Source of the DNA: Serratia phage vB_SmaM_Yaphecito
Sequence record: MW021758.1
DNA length: 40,000 nt
Reading direction: 5' to 3' (one strand)
The notes under the pieces are model-generated. The model saw only the letters and a program-made list of their open reading frames with translations, had not been told where the DNA came from and made no database searches. Of the stretch, positions 1-9,474 are shown piece by piece. Both the position numbers and the translations under genes were made by a program. How positions within the stretch are numbered: the stretch's first letter is position 1; each line of letters starts with the position of its first letter.

Positions 1-246
1 TTAACACCCGTGGCCTGTAGCGTCTCACAGACCTCACGTACGGGGTATTGATATTCATCCAAGCAAGATGCCCCGCCAGCGAAGTTGAACTTAACTTCTT
101 TGATGACATCGAACTTAGGGATTGCAACTGAAACGCAATGAAGTTCACTGCGGGAATCTGCATCAGGTACCGAGCCAGAGAACAGAACAGACTTAACTAC
201 AGATGCCAGGTATTCATCGCCATTTACTTTGCCAGGATAGTTCATT
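1..246 (-). CDS. Small hypothetical protein (MNYPGKVNGDEYLASVVKS...VCETLQATGV), missing from the supplied ORF track
   Basis: Manual translation of the minus strand: stop TAA at 1-3, 81 codons open to an ATG near 244-246. Confidence 0.55.
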
Positions 247-330
247 TTGTTTTCCTTCTAGAGAGTTGAGTTGTGAGTTACAGGGGGGAGGTTGTATTCA
301 GTCAGAATAACGTTTAGATCAAAACGATTA

Positions 331-1185
331 CTAAGCTTCAGGCGTATCCCAATATTCAGGATTATTGAACATTTCCGTAAATGAAACATCCCGACCTTTA
401 CGGATATTTACTAATTCCAACGTAGCGCCTTTGAACTGCACGCCAAGATCTACCTTAGTTCCGTAAGGCGATCTGAGAAGATATTCCAACGTAGCAGTTA
501 GATGCTCCTCGATAATAAAAGTCTCGCGTTTACCCAACCTTGGATTTTCCCGGCACAGGTCTTCCGTTATACCTTGGATAACCCAGGTATAAGCATGATC
601 CACCTCAAGAGTTTTAACCCGACCGCAGTATTCCAGTTTAATACCAGCTTCATTACGTTGGATACCGTAGTCGTTACGGAACCCATCTCTGCGATCCGCA
701 ATTCTATATCCGCGGCGAGCGGCCTGGTTACCGTTTTGACGGCGGTTACGACTATAGGTACCGGATCGCTCTAAACTATCCCGTAACTCTTCGTAGAGAC
801 GATGGTGGTTGGGGCGATCATTTATAGTCAAATCATCGGGACAATGGATTTCAGATTGACCCAACTCGGACAAAGTTACAACCGCCTCAACTGGCCCAGA
901 TACTTGAAAAGCATACGGCCTTGGTGTTTTAAGTGCTGGGGTCAGACAAGATTCAATATCGTAAACAATACCCCTTTTAGCATTATCGCCATAACCGGCC
1001 ATATGCAGTAATTCATTTACATCACGTATAACTGATGACAGCTGTTCTGTTATTGGTGTCTCTGCATCAATATCGATTATTCTGGCTACAGGACTAATTT
1101 CAATTTTCACTGAGCGTTTATTAATAGACATGAGTAACTCCTTGGTTAACTGTTGAGATGATAAATAAATGCCCGTAGGATTCAC
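331..1185 (-). CDS. Hypothetical protein; likely start is the internal MSINKRSVKIEIS
   Basis: Long ORF in the dominant coding direction; a hairpin at its upstream edge (1169-1195) overlaps the annotated start, favouring the internal Met. Confidence 0.7.
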   Translation of the reverse strand: MNPTGIYLSSQQLTKELLMSINKRSVKIEISPVARIIDIDAETPITEQLSSVIRDVNELLHMAGYGDNAKRGIVYDIESCLTPALKTPRPYAFQVSGPVEAVVTLSELGQSEIHCPDDLTINDRPNHHRLYEELRDSLERSGTYSRNRRQNGNQAARRGYRIADRRDGFRNDYGIQRNEAGIKLEYCGRVKTLEVDHAYTWVIQGITEDLCRENPRLGKRETFIIEEHLTATLEYLLRSPYGTKVDLGVQFKGATLELVNIRKGRDVSFTEMFNNPEYWDTPEA

Positions 1186-1204
1186 CTACGGGCATATGAC
1201 AGGT

Positions 1205-2359
1205 TTAAAGCACAGCTTCGATGCGGACTTCAAGTCCAGGGACTAATTCTACCCAGCGCCCCAGGTTGGTGATATGGAACGCATGATAGAGGATAGGCGG
1301 AGAAATGTCTTCGCCCAGGTTACGTTTGATCTGGCGAGCTACGCGGTCGATGACCCAGCTAAACCCCCCTTGTTTACCGTAGACCATATCGTAGGTCAAA
1401 ACGAAGTTGGTCTTCTTACCATTGGCCTCGGCGGAGCCACGATAGACGATGACCTTACTCATGTCTTCTCCGCGTTTACATAGTGCCTGAAGTTCCTCGT
1501 GCCGAGCCGATAACTTTTTGAATACCTCTTCCACCGAATGTTTACCAACCCGACGTGGGGACACGAGATATTGCAGCGTACTACTGGCCCAGTCGGTGAT
1601 TGGCGAAACAGCGGCCGAGCATACCTTCAATTGTAATTCAGGGTTAGCTAATTCCCGAAGTTCCCAACGACCACCGTTCTGAGCTTTGCGGCGATGTAAC
1701 TCAGAAACCGTACCGATCGCCTCAAGTAATTCCGGAGGCAAATCGATAGTGTCCTTCTTAATAGCCTGCGGACTGTCACTGACCGCACCGACTTCCACAG
1801 GCGTGAAGATCTGAACGATTTTCTCAGCAGGTTGTCCGACCGGAGTAACTTTTAGAGTGTAGTCACTCCCCATGAGGGCTAACTCATTATCCCCAGAACG
1901 TAGTTTGCTCCAGTCTTCGTACTTAAGTGAGCTCAAAAACGCCCTGGCCGTCAAAGACAGTCTACGAAGTAAGTTAACTTTAAACAGCGAGAACATATCG
2001 TGGATCTCACCACGATAGCAGATCGTGCGGATCAATCGAGTTGATAGATTCCCAGGAGCTCGGAGAGAAACACTAACACGCTGTAGTTCCAGATCGGTAG
2101 GTTTGGATACGCAGGCGGAAATGTTCAGTGAAGTACCGAGTCCAATTACACCGATAAAGCCATCGCGAATACGCCACTTGACGCTTTCCATGTAGTTATC
2201 GGTTAATTGTTTAAATTCGTCACCGGAGAATACTTCTTTGTTTTCCACAATGGCATCTGACACAGCGTTAAGGTCATCGACGTCAAAAATACGAGTCAGG
2301 CGATGCTGACCATTAACTACGATTTCTACTTTAACCATCTTTTCTTTTTTCACTTTCAA
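1205..2359 (-). CDS. Hypothetical protein, 384 aa
   Basis: Long ORF packed between neighbours on the same strand. Confidence 0.75.
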   Translation of the reverse strand: MKVKKEKMVKVEIVVNGQHRLTRIFDVDDLNAVSDAIVENKEVFSGDEFKQLTDNYMESVKWRIRDGFIGVIGLGTSLNISACVSKPTDLELQRVSVSLRAPGNLSTRLIRTICYRGEIHDMFSLFKVNLLRRLSLTARAFLSSLKYEDWSKLRSGDNELALMGSDYTLKVTPVGQPAEKIVQIFTPVEVGAVSDSPQAIKKDTIDLPPELLEAIGTVSELHRRKAQNGGRWELRELANPELQLKVCSAAVSPITDWASSTLQYLVSPRRVGKHSVEEVFKKLSARHEELQALCKRGEDMSKVIVYRGSAEANGKKTNFVLTYDMVYGKQGGFSWVIDRVARQIKRNLGEDISPPILYHAFHITNLGRWVELVPGLEVRIEAVL

Positions 2360-2371
2360 TGCTCCAGGTAA

Positions 2372-2944
2372 TTATTCGATAAAGAGAACGATGCCACACG
2401 GGTGTTCGATAGTTGACCCGCGCTCACCATCGTTTGCAAAGTAGCTCAGGATTTCCGTAATGGAATCTTTAGCTAGACCTGACTCGATTAGCTCCAGATC
2501 TTCAGGGAAATTAGTTTCCTTGATTTTAGTAGCCAAGCGACGATGGACTTTTGTTACCGCCTCTTCCAGGCTATCTCCTTCCATGAGGATGAACGGGCTC
2601 TTCTGACCTTTGTACGTAATGTACCCACGACACGCTCCCAGAGAACGTATAACCGGTTTTAATTCTACCGGAGTATCATCGATAGGGATAACGTACAGCG
2701 ACAGGTTATAAGCCGCTGAGAGCATCGCGTAATTGTACTGCTCGGTTTCCTGATAATACTTACCCAGGTATTCCGGTAATTGTGATGTTAACCCTTCCAC
2801 GATGACTTTACTTGCCACGCGGCTGAGTTGTTTACGGATTTCTTTGGAGACTTTGCGAACGAACTCTTCTTTCGTAGTCTCTCCCGGTAACTTAACACGG
2901 ATAACGTTTTCTTTAACCGTTAAAATGTATTCTTTGTTTTTCAC
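2372..2944 (-). CDS. Hypothetical protein, 190 aa
   Basis: ORF with a purine-rich upstream region; compact spacing to neighbours. Confidence 0.7.
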   Translation of the reverse strand: MKNKEYILTVKENVIRVKLPGETTKEEFVRKVSKEIRKQLSRVASKVIVEGLTSQLPEYLGKYYQETEQYNYAMLSAAYNLSLYVIPIDDTPVELKPVIRSLGACRGYITYKGQKSPFILMEGDSLEEAVTKVHRRLATKIKETNFPEDLELIESGLAKDSITEILSYFANDGERGSTIEHPCGIVLFIE

Positions 2945-2955
2945 AACAGGCTCCT

Positions 2956-3216
2956 TTAAACTTTCCGGAACAAGACTTCCGTTTCATCCAGTGTATCCAT
3001 TTTAGACGAGCCGTTGAGATAAAGGTTTTCCAACGCCTCTTGGATGTCGTCTGGCTCAGGGCAGAGCATTACGCTACACTCTTCGATCCATTCGGCAATC
3101 TCATCAGCAACGCACATGAGAGAGCGCTCTTCGCCGCAGTAGTAAGAAAACTCTTTCTCACTAACATCGCAGTATTCAGATTTCAGTGTAACACTAACGA
3201 TACTTTCTCTGGACAT
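2956..3216 (-). CDS. Small acidic hypothetical protein, 86 aa
   Basis: ORF; overlaps the neighbouring start at 3216. Confidence 0.6.
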   Translation of the reverse strand: MSRESIVSVTLKSEYCDVSEKEFSYYCGEERSLMCVADEIAEWIEECSVMLCPEPDDIQEALENLYLNGSSKMDTLDETEVLFRKV

Positions 3217-3779
3217 TACTTAGCTCCTTGGTAGCTTTTAGACACGTTGGCAATAACTTCTTTACCATTGATAACAAAGCGTTCTACTACTAGCTGCTTC
3301 TTGAGATTTTCTGCGGTCCTTACCCGGTGAGTTATGGTGACCGCGTGTTCCATTAAACCCAGATCGACCGAAGTCATCGATTTAGCCAACCAAGCACGTA
3401 CAGCCCAGCTAGTTTTAAAGTCACCAGTGGCATCTAATGCGAAATCCCATTTAAAGATTAACCGGTTATCTACGAACAACTTAAAGTCAGCCGTATTCCA
3501 AACAGCGATATTCTGACTGTATGAAACTGTGAGATAAAAAGGGACTACAATGATATCCTCATCTGTGCGTAGTTCACCGCTAACGATACCGCGTACCACT
3601 TTAGCGATAGCTTCCAGATGATCCAGGCAGAAACTCCCACCTGCTTCGTTAATGAACGCATGGAGTAATCCACGAGATAAGGTATCGTTATCTTCGTAGC
3701 TAATGATCGTAGTATTCTTAGCACTACCCCAACCAATTGTAATTGATAAGTGTTTCAATTTACTTCTCCTGTTATCCAA
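3216..3779 (-). CDS. Hypothetical protein, 187 aa
   Basis: ORF; first gene downstream of the promoter-like motif at 3799-3810. Confidence 0.65.
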   Translation of the reverse strand: MDNRRSKLKHLSITIGWGSAKNTTIISYEDNDTLSRGLLHAFINEAGGSFCLDHLEAIAKVVRGIVSGELRTDEDIIVVPFYLTVSYSQNIAVWNTADFKLFVDNRLIFKWDFALDATGDFKTSWAVRAWLAKSMTSVDLGLMEHAVTITHRVRTAENLKKQLVVERFVINGKEVIANVSKSYQGAK

Positions 3780-4077
3780 GTAGTAATCTATTCAATCTGG
3801 TAATATATACCTAAGATCCAATGGAGGTATATTGGTAATTTTACAAAATAGATCAATACTCACCAGTAGAACTTAATCTACCAGTGAATATCAATTTAGT
3901 TTAAATGGGGTTAATTATCCACGCGTTTAGGGAGTTCACTTCGTCTTCCCTTTGGTCATCCTAGTTCACTCTAAAACCCCTAATAGTCACAGACCCTCCG
4001 GGCCGTGACCAAGTTCTGACACATAATTGAAACGTACGTAAAAAATGAGAGCTAAGTAAAATGGCTAGTTGAAACAC

Positions 4078-4524
4078 TCATTTACAGATAGTACTGAATG
4101 GGTCAGTTATAACTAGTTTACCTGATTTAGATAGCATAATGTTACTTGGGGAAAGGTCTAGGTCGTTTACTTTCATTCCAGACTTATTAACTAATCTAAA
4201 CAAGAGGATTGCTTTATTTACACATTGAGATAGCTCTACATCAGCTATTTGAAACGGTAGCTTATGGAAATCGTTTATAAACGACCAATTACCCTTAAGT
4301 ATTTCCATCCTATCTTTAGGGACAGGGTAACATTTCTCTAACATGTAAGAACCGATCCCGTTAGTAATAGAGTGTCCGAGTATCTTAACCACGTCGTATT
4401 TATCCCTATCCTCTGAACCGATCGATAACAATGCCATGAACCCGTCATCAGTAGTTTTACTTATTCTAGTCACTGTCCCGTCGTGGTTATCATAAACGAT
4501 CGCATTGATACCTTCGCCTAATTT
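4078..4524 (-). CDS. Minimal protein-kinase-like / phosphotransferase-fold protein; start probably at MKLGEGINAIVYD rather than the 4584 ORF start
   Basis: Gly-loop-like LGEGINAIVYDNHDGTVTRISK, catalytic-loop-like DLDLSPSNIMLSKSGKLVITDPF (D...N and DPF in place of DFG). The internal start removes the overlap with the upstream gene. Confidence 0.5.
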   Translation of the reverse strand, partial: KLGEGINAIVYDNHDGTVTRISKTTDDGFMALLSIGSEDRDKYDVVKILGHSITNGIGSYMLEKCYPVPKDRMEILKGNWSFINDFHKLPFQIADVELSQCVNKAILLFRLVNKSGMKVNDLDLSPSNIMLSKSGKLVITDPFSTICK

Positions 4525-4534
4525 CATAATACCC

Positions 4535-5092
4535 TCACTGAATGTAGAATGCCGATTCTTTACCAGCATTACCAGGATAAACATCTACCCCAAACGAGAT
4601 AAGTTGATAGTACAAACTCAAGTGATCGAGGTCGTTTAGTTCATTAGGGTTAACTCGAGTGTCGCTAACGTACTGACAGTCAGTTACAACCTTAATCGGA
4701 AGGTTAATTCCCCACATCAGCCCTACTTGATGAATTGTCCATTCCAGGTAAACTTTCTTGCTCAGACTTTCTTCATGAAGGTAGACGTAGAACGACCCCT
4801 TCTGAAAACCTCGCTTACAGGTCAGGACGGCGACATCGCACTTTAGGAAACCCAACGTATGGGCATGGCGGAATAAATGCGCCATTTCCTCTACAGTGGA
4901 CTCACTGGCAATGCTTTTGATAATATTGTTAACACCAGCATTAAGCGACTGATTCAAGAAAGTCACTACTTCGTACTGAGTCGTATTCAGTGAGTTGAGG
5001 TTAGTTTGCGCACCCTCCTCACGAAAGCCTACATTGCGGAACAACTTACCCGCAGTACGACGAAGATTACTAAAGACCATACGAGTTTCCAT
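4535..5092 (-). CDS. Hypothetical protein, 185 aa
   Basis: ORF in the dominant direction. Confidence 0.6.
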   Translation of the reverse strand: METRMVFSNLRRTAGKLFRNVGFREEGAQTNLNSLNTTQYEVVTFLNQSLNAGVNNIIKSIASESTVEEMAHLFRHAHTLGFLKCDVAVLTCKRGFQKGSFYVYLHEESLSKKVYLEWTIHQVGLMWGINLPIKVVTDCQYVSDTRVNPNELNDLDHLSLYYQLISFGVDVYPGNAGKESAFYIQ

Positions 5093-5119
5093 TACACTTC
5101 CTCTAATAAACGTTATAGG

Positions 5120-5150
5120 CCCTCAGAGAGCGTAAGTAGCTCTCTGAGGG
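5120..5150. terminator. 12-bp perfect hairpin CCCTCAGAGAGC-GTAAGTA-GCTCTCTGAGGG, followed by TTTTATTATT on the plus strand
   Basis: Inverted repeat read in the intergenic gap between 4535-5092 and 5159-5740. Confidence 0.5.
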
Positions 5151-5158
5151 TTTTATTA

Positions 5159-5740
5159 TTACAGTTTGATTGGTGATGTCTTTTTGGTTTTGAATGCTTC
5201 CATGGAGCGCTCATCGCTCACCAGGGCGCAGACATCGTCCAGGTTAACTTTCGGATAACCGGCAAACTTCAAGAAAGTCCCTTTCCAGAAGTAACCCAGG
5301 GAAGTCCGGTAGTTACGGCAGGTTTCAATCTTACGAGTTTGAGAGATACGGAACTCTTCACGGCCAGACTTGATAGTCGCCTGAATGTTCTCGTACATCT
5401 TGCTGTCGAAGTTAACTGCGTGCTCCTGGATAAAGGAGATAGCAGACTTATTACCGGTATCGCCATAACGAGCTTCCAGAGCCGTTTTAAGGACGTCTTT
5501 CAAGTTGTCCTTGTACTTCTCTGGAATTTGTGCTTGCTCCAGCACAGAGTTCGTGTAGGAGCTCAGACGGTTCTCTGATTCAGTATTCAGATACTTGATT
5601 TGTTCTTCGCTCTTATTACCTTCATTGTAAGCGGATACGTATGCGACTGTAACCCCTACAATCACAGCGCCGGAAAGTAACATCGCTACTACTAAAGCTT
5701 TAGCGAAAGAGAAAGCGGTTTTATCTGCAGAAACGCCCAT
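5159..5740 (-). CDS. Single-TM protein, weakly LemA-like
   Basis: N-terminal TM (FAKALVVAMLLSGAVIVGVTVAYVSAYNEG) followed by helical segments and EEFRISQTRKIETCRNYRTSLGYFWKGTFLKFAGYP, reminiscent of the LemA C-terminal region. Confidence 0.5.
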   Translation of the reverse strand: MGVSADKTAFSFAKALVVAMLLSGAVIVGVTVAYVSAYNEGNKSEEQIKYLNTESENRLSSYTNSVLEQAQIPEKYKDNLKDVLKTALEARYGDTGNKSAISFIQEHAVNFDSKMYENIQATIKSGREEFRISQTRKIETCRNYRTSLGYFWKGTFLKFAGYPKVNLDDVCALVSDERSMEAFKTKKTSPIKL

Positions 5741-5757
5741 GGTATTTTATTCCTTAA

Positions 5758-6816
5758 TTAAAAGACTCTGTTGTCTTTGAAGTATATAGCCACGCCACCA
5801 GTGACGAGCATGTTGATGAAAATGATTAGAACAATCCACCAAATAGGCGGTGAGTAATTACTGGCCATATACGCGAACTCGGCGTTCGGTTTACGGACAT
5901 ACTCGGTAACGATATGTTCAAACTGATGATGTACAAGATCGTAACCCAAACGATTGTTCCGCGCCATCCCTTCCAGATCAGTAATCAATCTACGATTACC
6001 TTCCCCGTCAGCGAATGTCTCTGCTTCGAACCATTTGATCTCATTATTATCCCCGATACCGTAAACTAATACAACATCGTTTTTCCGAACCCCTTTCCAG
6101 TGGCTACGAAGTGCCTTCCAGTAATCAGGATCGTTTTCTGTAATAACCAGGATAACATTCAATTGTTTCTTCGCACCGTATTCAATCAGCATTCGATTGA
6201 GGTAGTTGTTCAAATAACCGAACGAGAACGGGGTGGTATTTACGATACGATTATAGCGATAGTAATCCTCAGTCTTAGGATAATCAGGTAACTTACCCTT
6301 GTACTTAAGTTCACTCGCTTCCTCAGCCTTATAACGCTCATCATCGATTAACGTATAGTTGGTGACCGATTCTACTTTGGCAGCAGGCTCGCCAATCTTA
6401 GCCGCTAACCAACGAGGCGGTGTGCGAGCTCCCTGATCATCCAGTCGCTTTATTTCAAACTTACCGACGGTAGTGTAAACGTTGTAATCCCAGTCGTTAT
6501 CGTGCTCATCGCAATAGACTGGAGTACAGCTTCGATTTTTACCGGTACCTGAGCATATTTCGTCGCACTGGTACTGATGTTCGCATGAAACTTCTACCCG
6601 CTTCTTATCAGTAACTACGCCGTTTAGGATATTGAAATCAGATGTCTTGTATAACTGACCGGCAGACAATGCTGCAGTCGCTATAGCAGTCGAGACAACA
6701 AGACATCCCAGCTGAACCATGAACTCCTTCCTGGTAATTTGACGAGGAAAGAAATACTTAGATCCCAGAATAATTAATAAACCAGGAAAGAAGATAAGGA
6801 CTGAGTAATAACCCAT
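5758..6816 (-). CDS. Membrane protein with N- and C-terminal TM segments, Cys-rich insert and possible TPM-like central domain
   Basis: TMs YYSVLIFFPGLLIILG and PPIWWIVLIIFINMLVTGGVAIYF; Cys cluster CEHQYQCDEICSGTGKNRSCTPVYCDEHD; LNVILVITENDPDYWKALRSHWKG...VVLVYGIGDNNEIKWF. Confidence 0.55.
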   Translation of the reverse strand: MGYYSVLIFFPGLLIILGSKYFFPRQITRKEFMVQLGCLVVSTAIATAALSAGQLYKTSDFNILNGVVTDKKRVEVSCEHQYQCDEICSGTGKNRSCTPVYCDEHDNDWDYNVYTTVGKFEIKRLDDQGARTPPRWLAAKIGEPAAKVESVTNYTLIDDERYKAEEASELKYKGKLPDYPKTEDYYRYNRIVNTTPFSFGYLNNYLNRMLIEYGAKKQLNVILVITENDPDYWKALRSHWKGVRKNDVVLVYGIGDNNEIKWFEAETFADGEGNRRLITDLEGMARNNRLGYDLVHHQFEHIVTEYVRKPNAEFAYMASNYSPPIWWIVLIIFINMLVTGGVAIYFKDNRVF

Positions 6817-6846
6817 GATTAGACGCCCTATAAGCGATTGTGAATA

Positions 6847-6868
6847 GAGTAGGGCGTTTGCCCTACTC
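6847..6868. terminator. Hairpin GAGTAGGGC-GTTT-GCCCTACTC
   Basis: 9-bp inverted repeat in the gap between 5758-6816 and 6878-7333. Confidence 0.5.
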
Positions 6869-6877
6869 GTTTGTTGT

Positions 6878-7333
6878 TTAAGAACGATAATCGTGCAGAT
6901 CGATTTCTACGAGCGTATCTTCCATAGCCTTGTGAATGACATCGAAGACCTCACTACGTTTCAATCCACCATGACCGCAGCCGGGATAGGGTATAGCCAG
7001 CTCGTCGATGTTAAACTCCTCACATCGTGCCGCTAGCGCCGAGAATATACGAGCCACCCACTCCATTTCAGATTTATCTTTCCAGTGTTTCTTGGTCGCC
7101 ATCAGGAGGATCTTTTTACCAGACCCGTCGTTAGTTGGCATCAACAAGAGACTACCAGGGAAAAACTTACCTTTACGACATAGGGCATTGTACCTGGCAT
7201 ATTGCTCAGGATAGCGCTCCTTCCATTCTTTAGCATTACCAGCCCCGGCAACACCGACGCAGTTAACTGTAACTCCGATGATCTCCCGATCACTTTCAAA
7301 TACGTTGGACTTCAACACCCTTACGATTGCCAT
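6878..7333 (-). CDS. Macro-domain protein (DarG/TARG1-type ADP-ribose hydrolase-like)
   Basis: [55 protein letters not shown] and [11 protein letters not shown] match the characteristic order in DarG/ALC1-like macro domains. Confidence 0.8.
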   Translation of the reverse strand: MAIVRVLKSNVFESDREIIGVTVNCVGVAGAGNAKEWKERYPEQYARYNALCRKGKFFPGSLLLMPTNDGSGKKILLMATKKHWKDKSEMEWVARIFSALAARCEEFNIDELAIPYPGCGHGGLKRSEVFDVIHKAMEDTLVEIDLHDYRS

Positions 7334-7787
7334 TATTATCCCCCGAGCCTAAAGTCCATTGAAGACTTTCATCGCTAACTAATCTTCGTTCATACGCCTG
7401 GAAGTTATCTAACGTAACGATTTCTTTATCGACGCATTTACGATAGAAGATAACGCTTCTGCTATCCCAAGGAAAACAGAATACACGACGACCTTCTGCC
7501 GCTTTGATTAACTGCCGGACTAATTCGTAACCGATACCCATGCCGCGTAACCAGGTCTTTACGTAAAGCATAAGACTGTACGCAGCCTCTGGCTTCTTCC
7601 TGGTAATACAACCGAGCGCACAACATTTACCATTAGCGTAAACTAAGACGCCTTTGAAACTATAATCAGGTTCATCGGCAGCACTTCTGATAGTACGCAT
7701 CATAATCCCACGAGGGAGATGTAGACTGTTTTCCGAAGCCAGAATAAAGAATTGGTTAGCATCATTACATTCAACATAATCGAACAT
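7296..7787 (-). CDS. GNAT-family N-acetyltransferase-like protein
   Basis: [44 protein letters not shown] (motif A R/Q-x-x-G-x-G/A-like plus motif B). Confidence 0.65.
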   Translation of the reverse strand: MFDYVECNDANQFFILASENSLHLPRGIMMRTIRSAADEPDYSFKGVLVYANGKCCALGCITRKKPEAAYSLMLYVKTWLRGMGIGYELVRQLIKAAEGRRVFCFPWDSRSVIFYRKCVDKEIVTLDNFQAYERRLVSDESLQWTLGSGDNNGNRKGVEVQRI

Positions 7788-7839
7788 CGTATTTCTCCTA
7801 AAACAAAATAGATCGGAGGGTTTCCCCTCCGCCTATGAT

Positions 7840-9426
7840 TCAAATGACGCCAGGTAAGTGTTCTGTCCTAACCTTCGTTACACGATTGCTGAACAGCCGT
7901 TCCTTACTCTTGGCATAGTCGATCTGTTTCTGAATATCCATACAGACAAAGTAATGGAAGATCTGAGGGAACTTCTTGTCACCCTTCAGTTCACGTAAAC
8001 GACCCAACGCCTGAACGTTAGCATTCGGTGAATCGATAGCTACGGTCATGATAGCCTGAGTCAAGTCAGGAATATCTACTGCAGTACCGGATTTACCGAT
8101 TGTAGAAACGATGATGTCAGAATCCAGAAGAATCTGATAATCGTCCCCAGCCGTATAACTATTGATAATCAGGTCAGGTAGTCGTTGTTGTAACAAGTCC
8201 CTGATTTTCTGACAAAGCTCTATCGTAGCAGCAAAGATCAGTAGTTTGTGGCCGTCTAGTTTACTCAGAACCCATTGATTCAAAGCGTACTTATAGATAG
8301 CTTCGATGTAGTTCTTTTCTCTTTCGGCATCTTTCATTATCCACGCTTCATAAGCCGTGTGGGAATAACTCCCTTGTCCGCCATTGAACCTAACCTTACT
8401 AGGGTCTTTGAGACGATACAGAACACGAACAGTCTCAACGTAGACATTCAACTTACCGCCTTCTTTCCGGAACTTACGAGGGAGTAAAATCTCGTACATT
8501 CGCTTCATGAAGTCCTGATTAGAGAACAACGTAGCGGTCAGATAAATAGTCCTAGGAACATGGCTAAAGAGATCAGCTATAAAGTTTGCATGGAAGTCTT
8601 TGTGAGCTTCGTCAGTGATCCTTAGACCAACGCCCAGTACTTCCCAAATGTCACGGGGATCAATATCTTCGCAACCCGTACCTACCACCTTACCGTTTTT
8701 GTAATTCTTGAAGAAATCACGCAACGTTGCAGTGGAGAGGAAGATTGCTTTAACATCGGGAATCCCAGTCTCTTTAACTTCACGCAGAAGCTTATAGAGT
8801 TTAGTACAACCGCAACAAGACCGAACTTCGCTAGGCTCAAATCCTAAGAGACGATACATCTCAGGAACCCATCGGTCTTCGTAGCCACCTAATGTAACGA
8901 CGGCGAACCGTACACCCATCTGGGCGGCAACGTAAAGGGAGATCATCGTCTTACCGAACCCAGGCTGGGCGGTTACGACTTTCTGTTTCCCTTCTGCAAG
9001 ACAGAAATCAATTACAGGTAATTGCTCTGGCCATGGCGTTGCATCTATTGACATCTCAAACTTAACAGGCTCGTACATCGGGACAACGTCAATCTCAAAA
9101 GAGTCTTCATTGAATCCCTCATACATCGCCTTTTGATAGAACTCTTCCCAGAGGTTATCATGGAAACAGATTTCTTCTCTTTCCAAGTCACGACGAGCAT
9201 AGATCCTTTTTTGCTCTTGGACAAAGCGTCCACGTTTCTTGGTTAGGTTACTCTCGATAAGCGTCTCTGCTATAGACCTACGGAATCCGCGAGCCTTGGC
9301 AGTTATCGCCGCCACTGAGAAATAGTGACTGTATCGAGTGATCTTAAACTCTACCATAACAGTCCTCGTAGAAAATATCGCTCCATAACTAGAAGCGGAT
9401 ACGTGCTTTCTTACGCCCTCCCTCAT
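7840..9426 (-). CDS. SF2 DEAH-box helicase/ATPase; start probably at 9357 (MVEFKITRYSHYF)
   Basis: Walker A QPGFGKTM, motif II TDEAH, motif III-like LTATL, C-terminal ALGRLREL. Confidence 0.85.
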   Translation of the reverse strand: MREGVRKHVSASSYGAIFSTRTVMVEFKITRYSHYFSVAAITAKARGFRRSIAETLIESNLTKKRGRFVQEQKRIYARRDLEREEICFHDNLWEEFYQKAMYEGFNEDSFEIDVVPMYEPVKFEMSIDATPWPEQLPVIDFCLAEGKQKVVTAQPGFGKTMISLYVAAQMGVRFAVVTLGGYEDRWVPEMYRLLGFEPSEVRSCCGCTKLYKLLREVKETGIPDVKAIFLSTATLRDFFKNYKNGKVVGTGCEDIDPRDIWEVLGVGLRITDEAHKDFHANFIADLFSHVPRTIYLTATLFSNQDFMKRMYEILLPRKFRKEGGKLNVYVETVRVLYRLKDPSKVRFNGGQGSYSHTAYEAWIMKDAEREKNYIEAIYKYALNQWVLSKLDGHKLLIFAATIELCQKIRDLLQQRLPDLIINSYTAGDDYQILLDSDIIVSTIGKSGTAVDIPDLTQAIMTVAIDSPNANVQALGRLRELKGDKKFPQIFHYFVCMDIQKQIDYAKSKERLFSNRVTKVRTEHLPGVI

Positions 9427-9474
9427 GGTGAAAACAAAAAAAGAAAGGGAGCCGAAGCTCCCCTTATGACGTTA

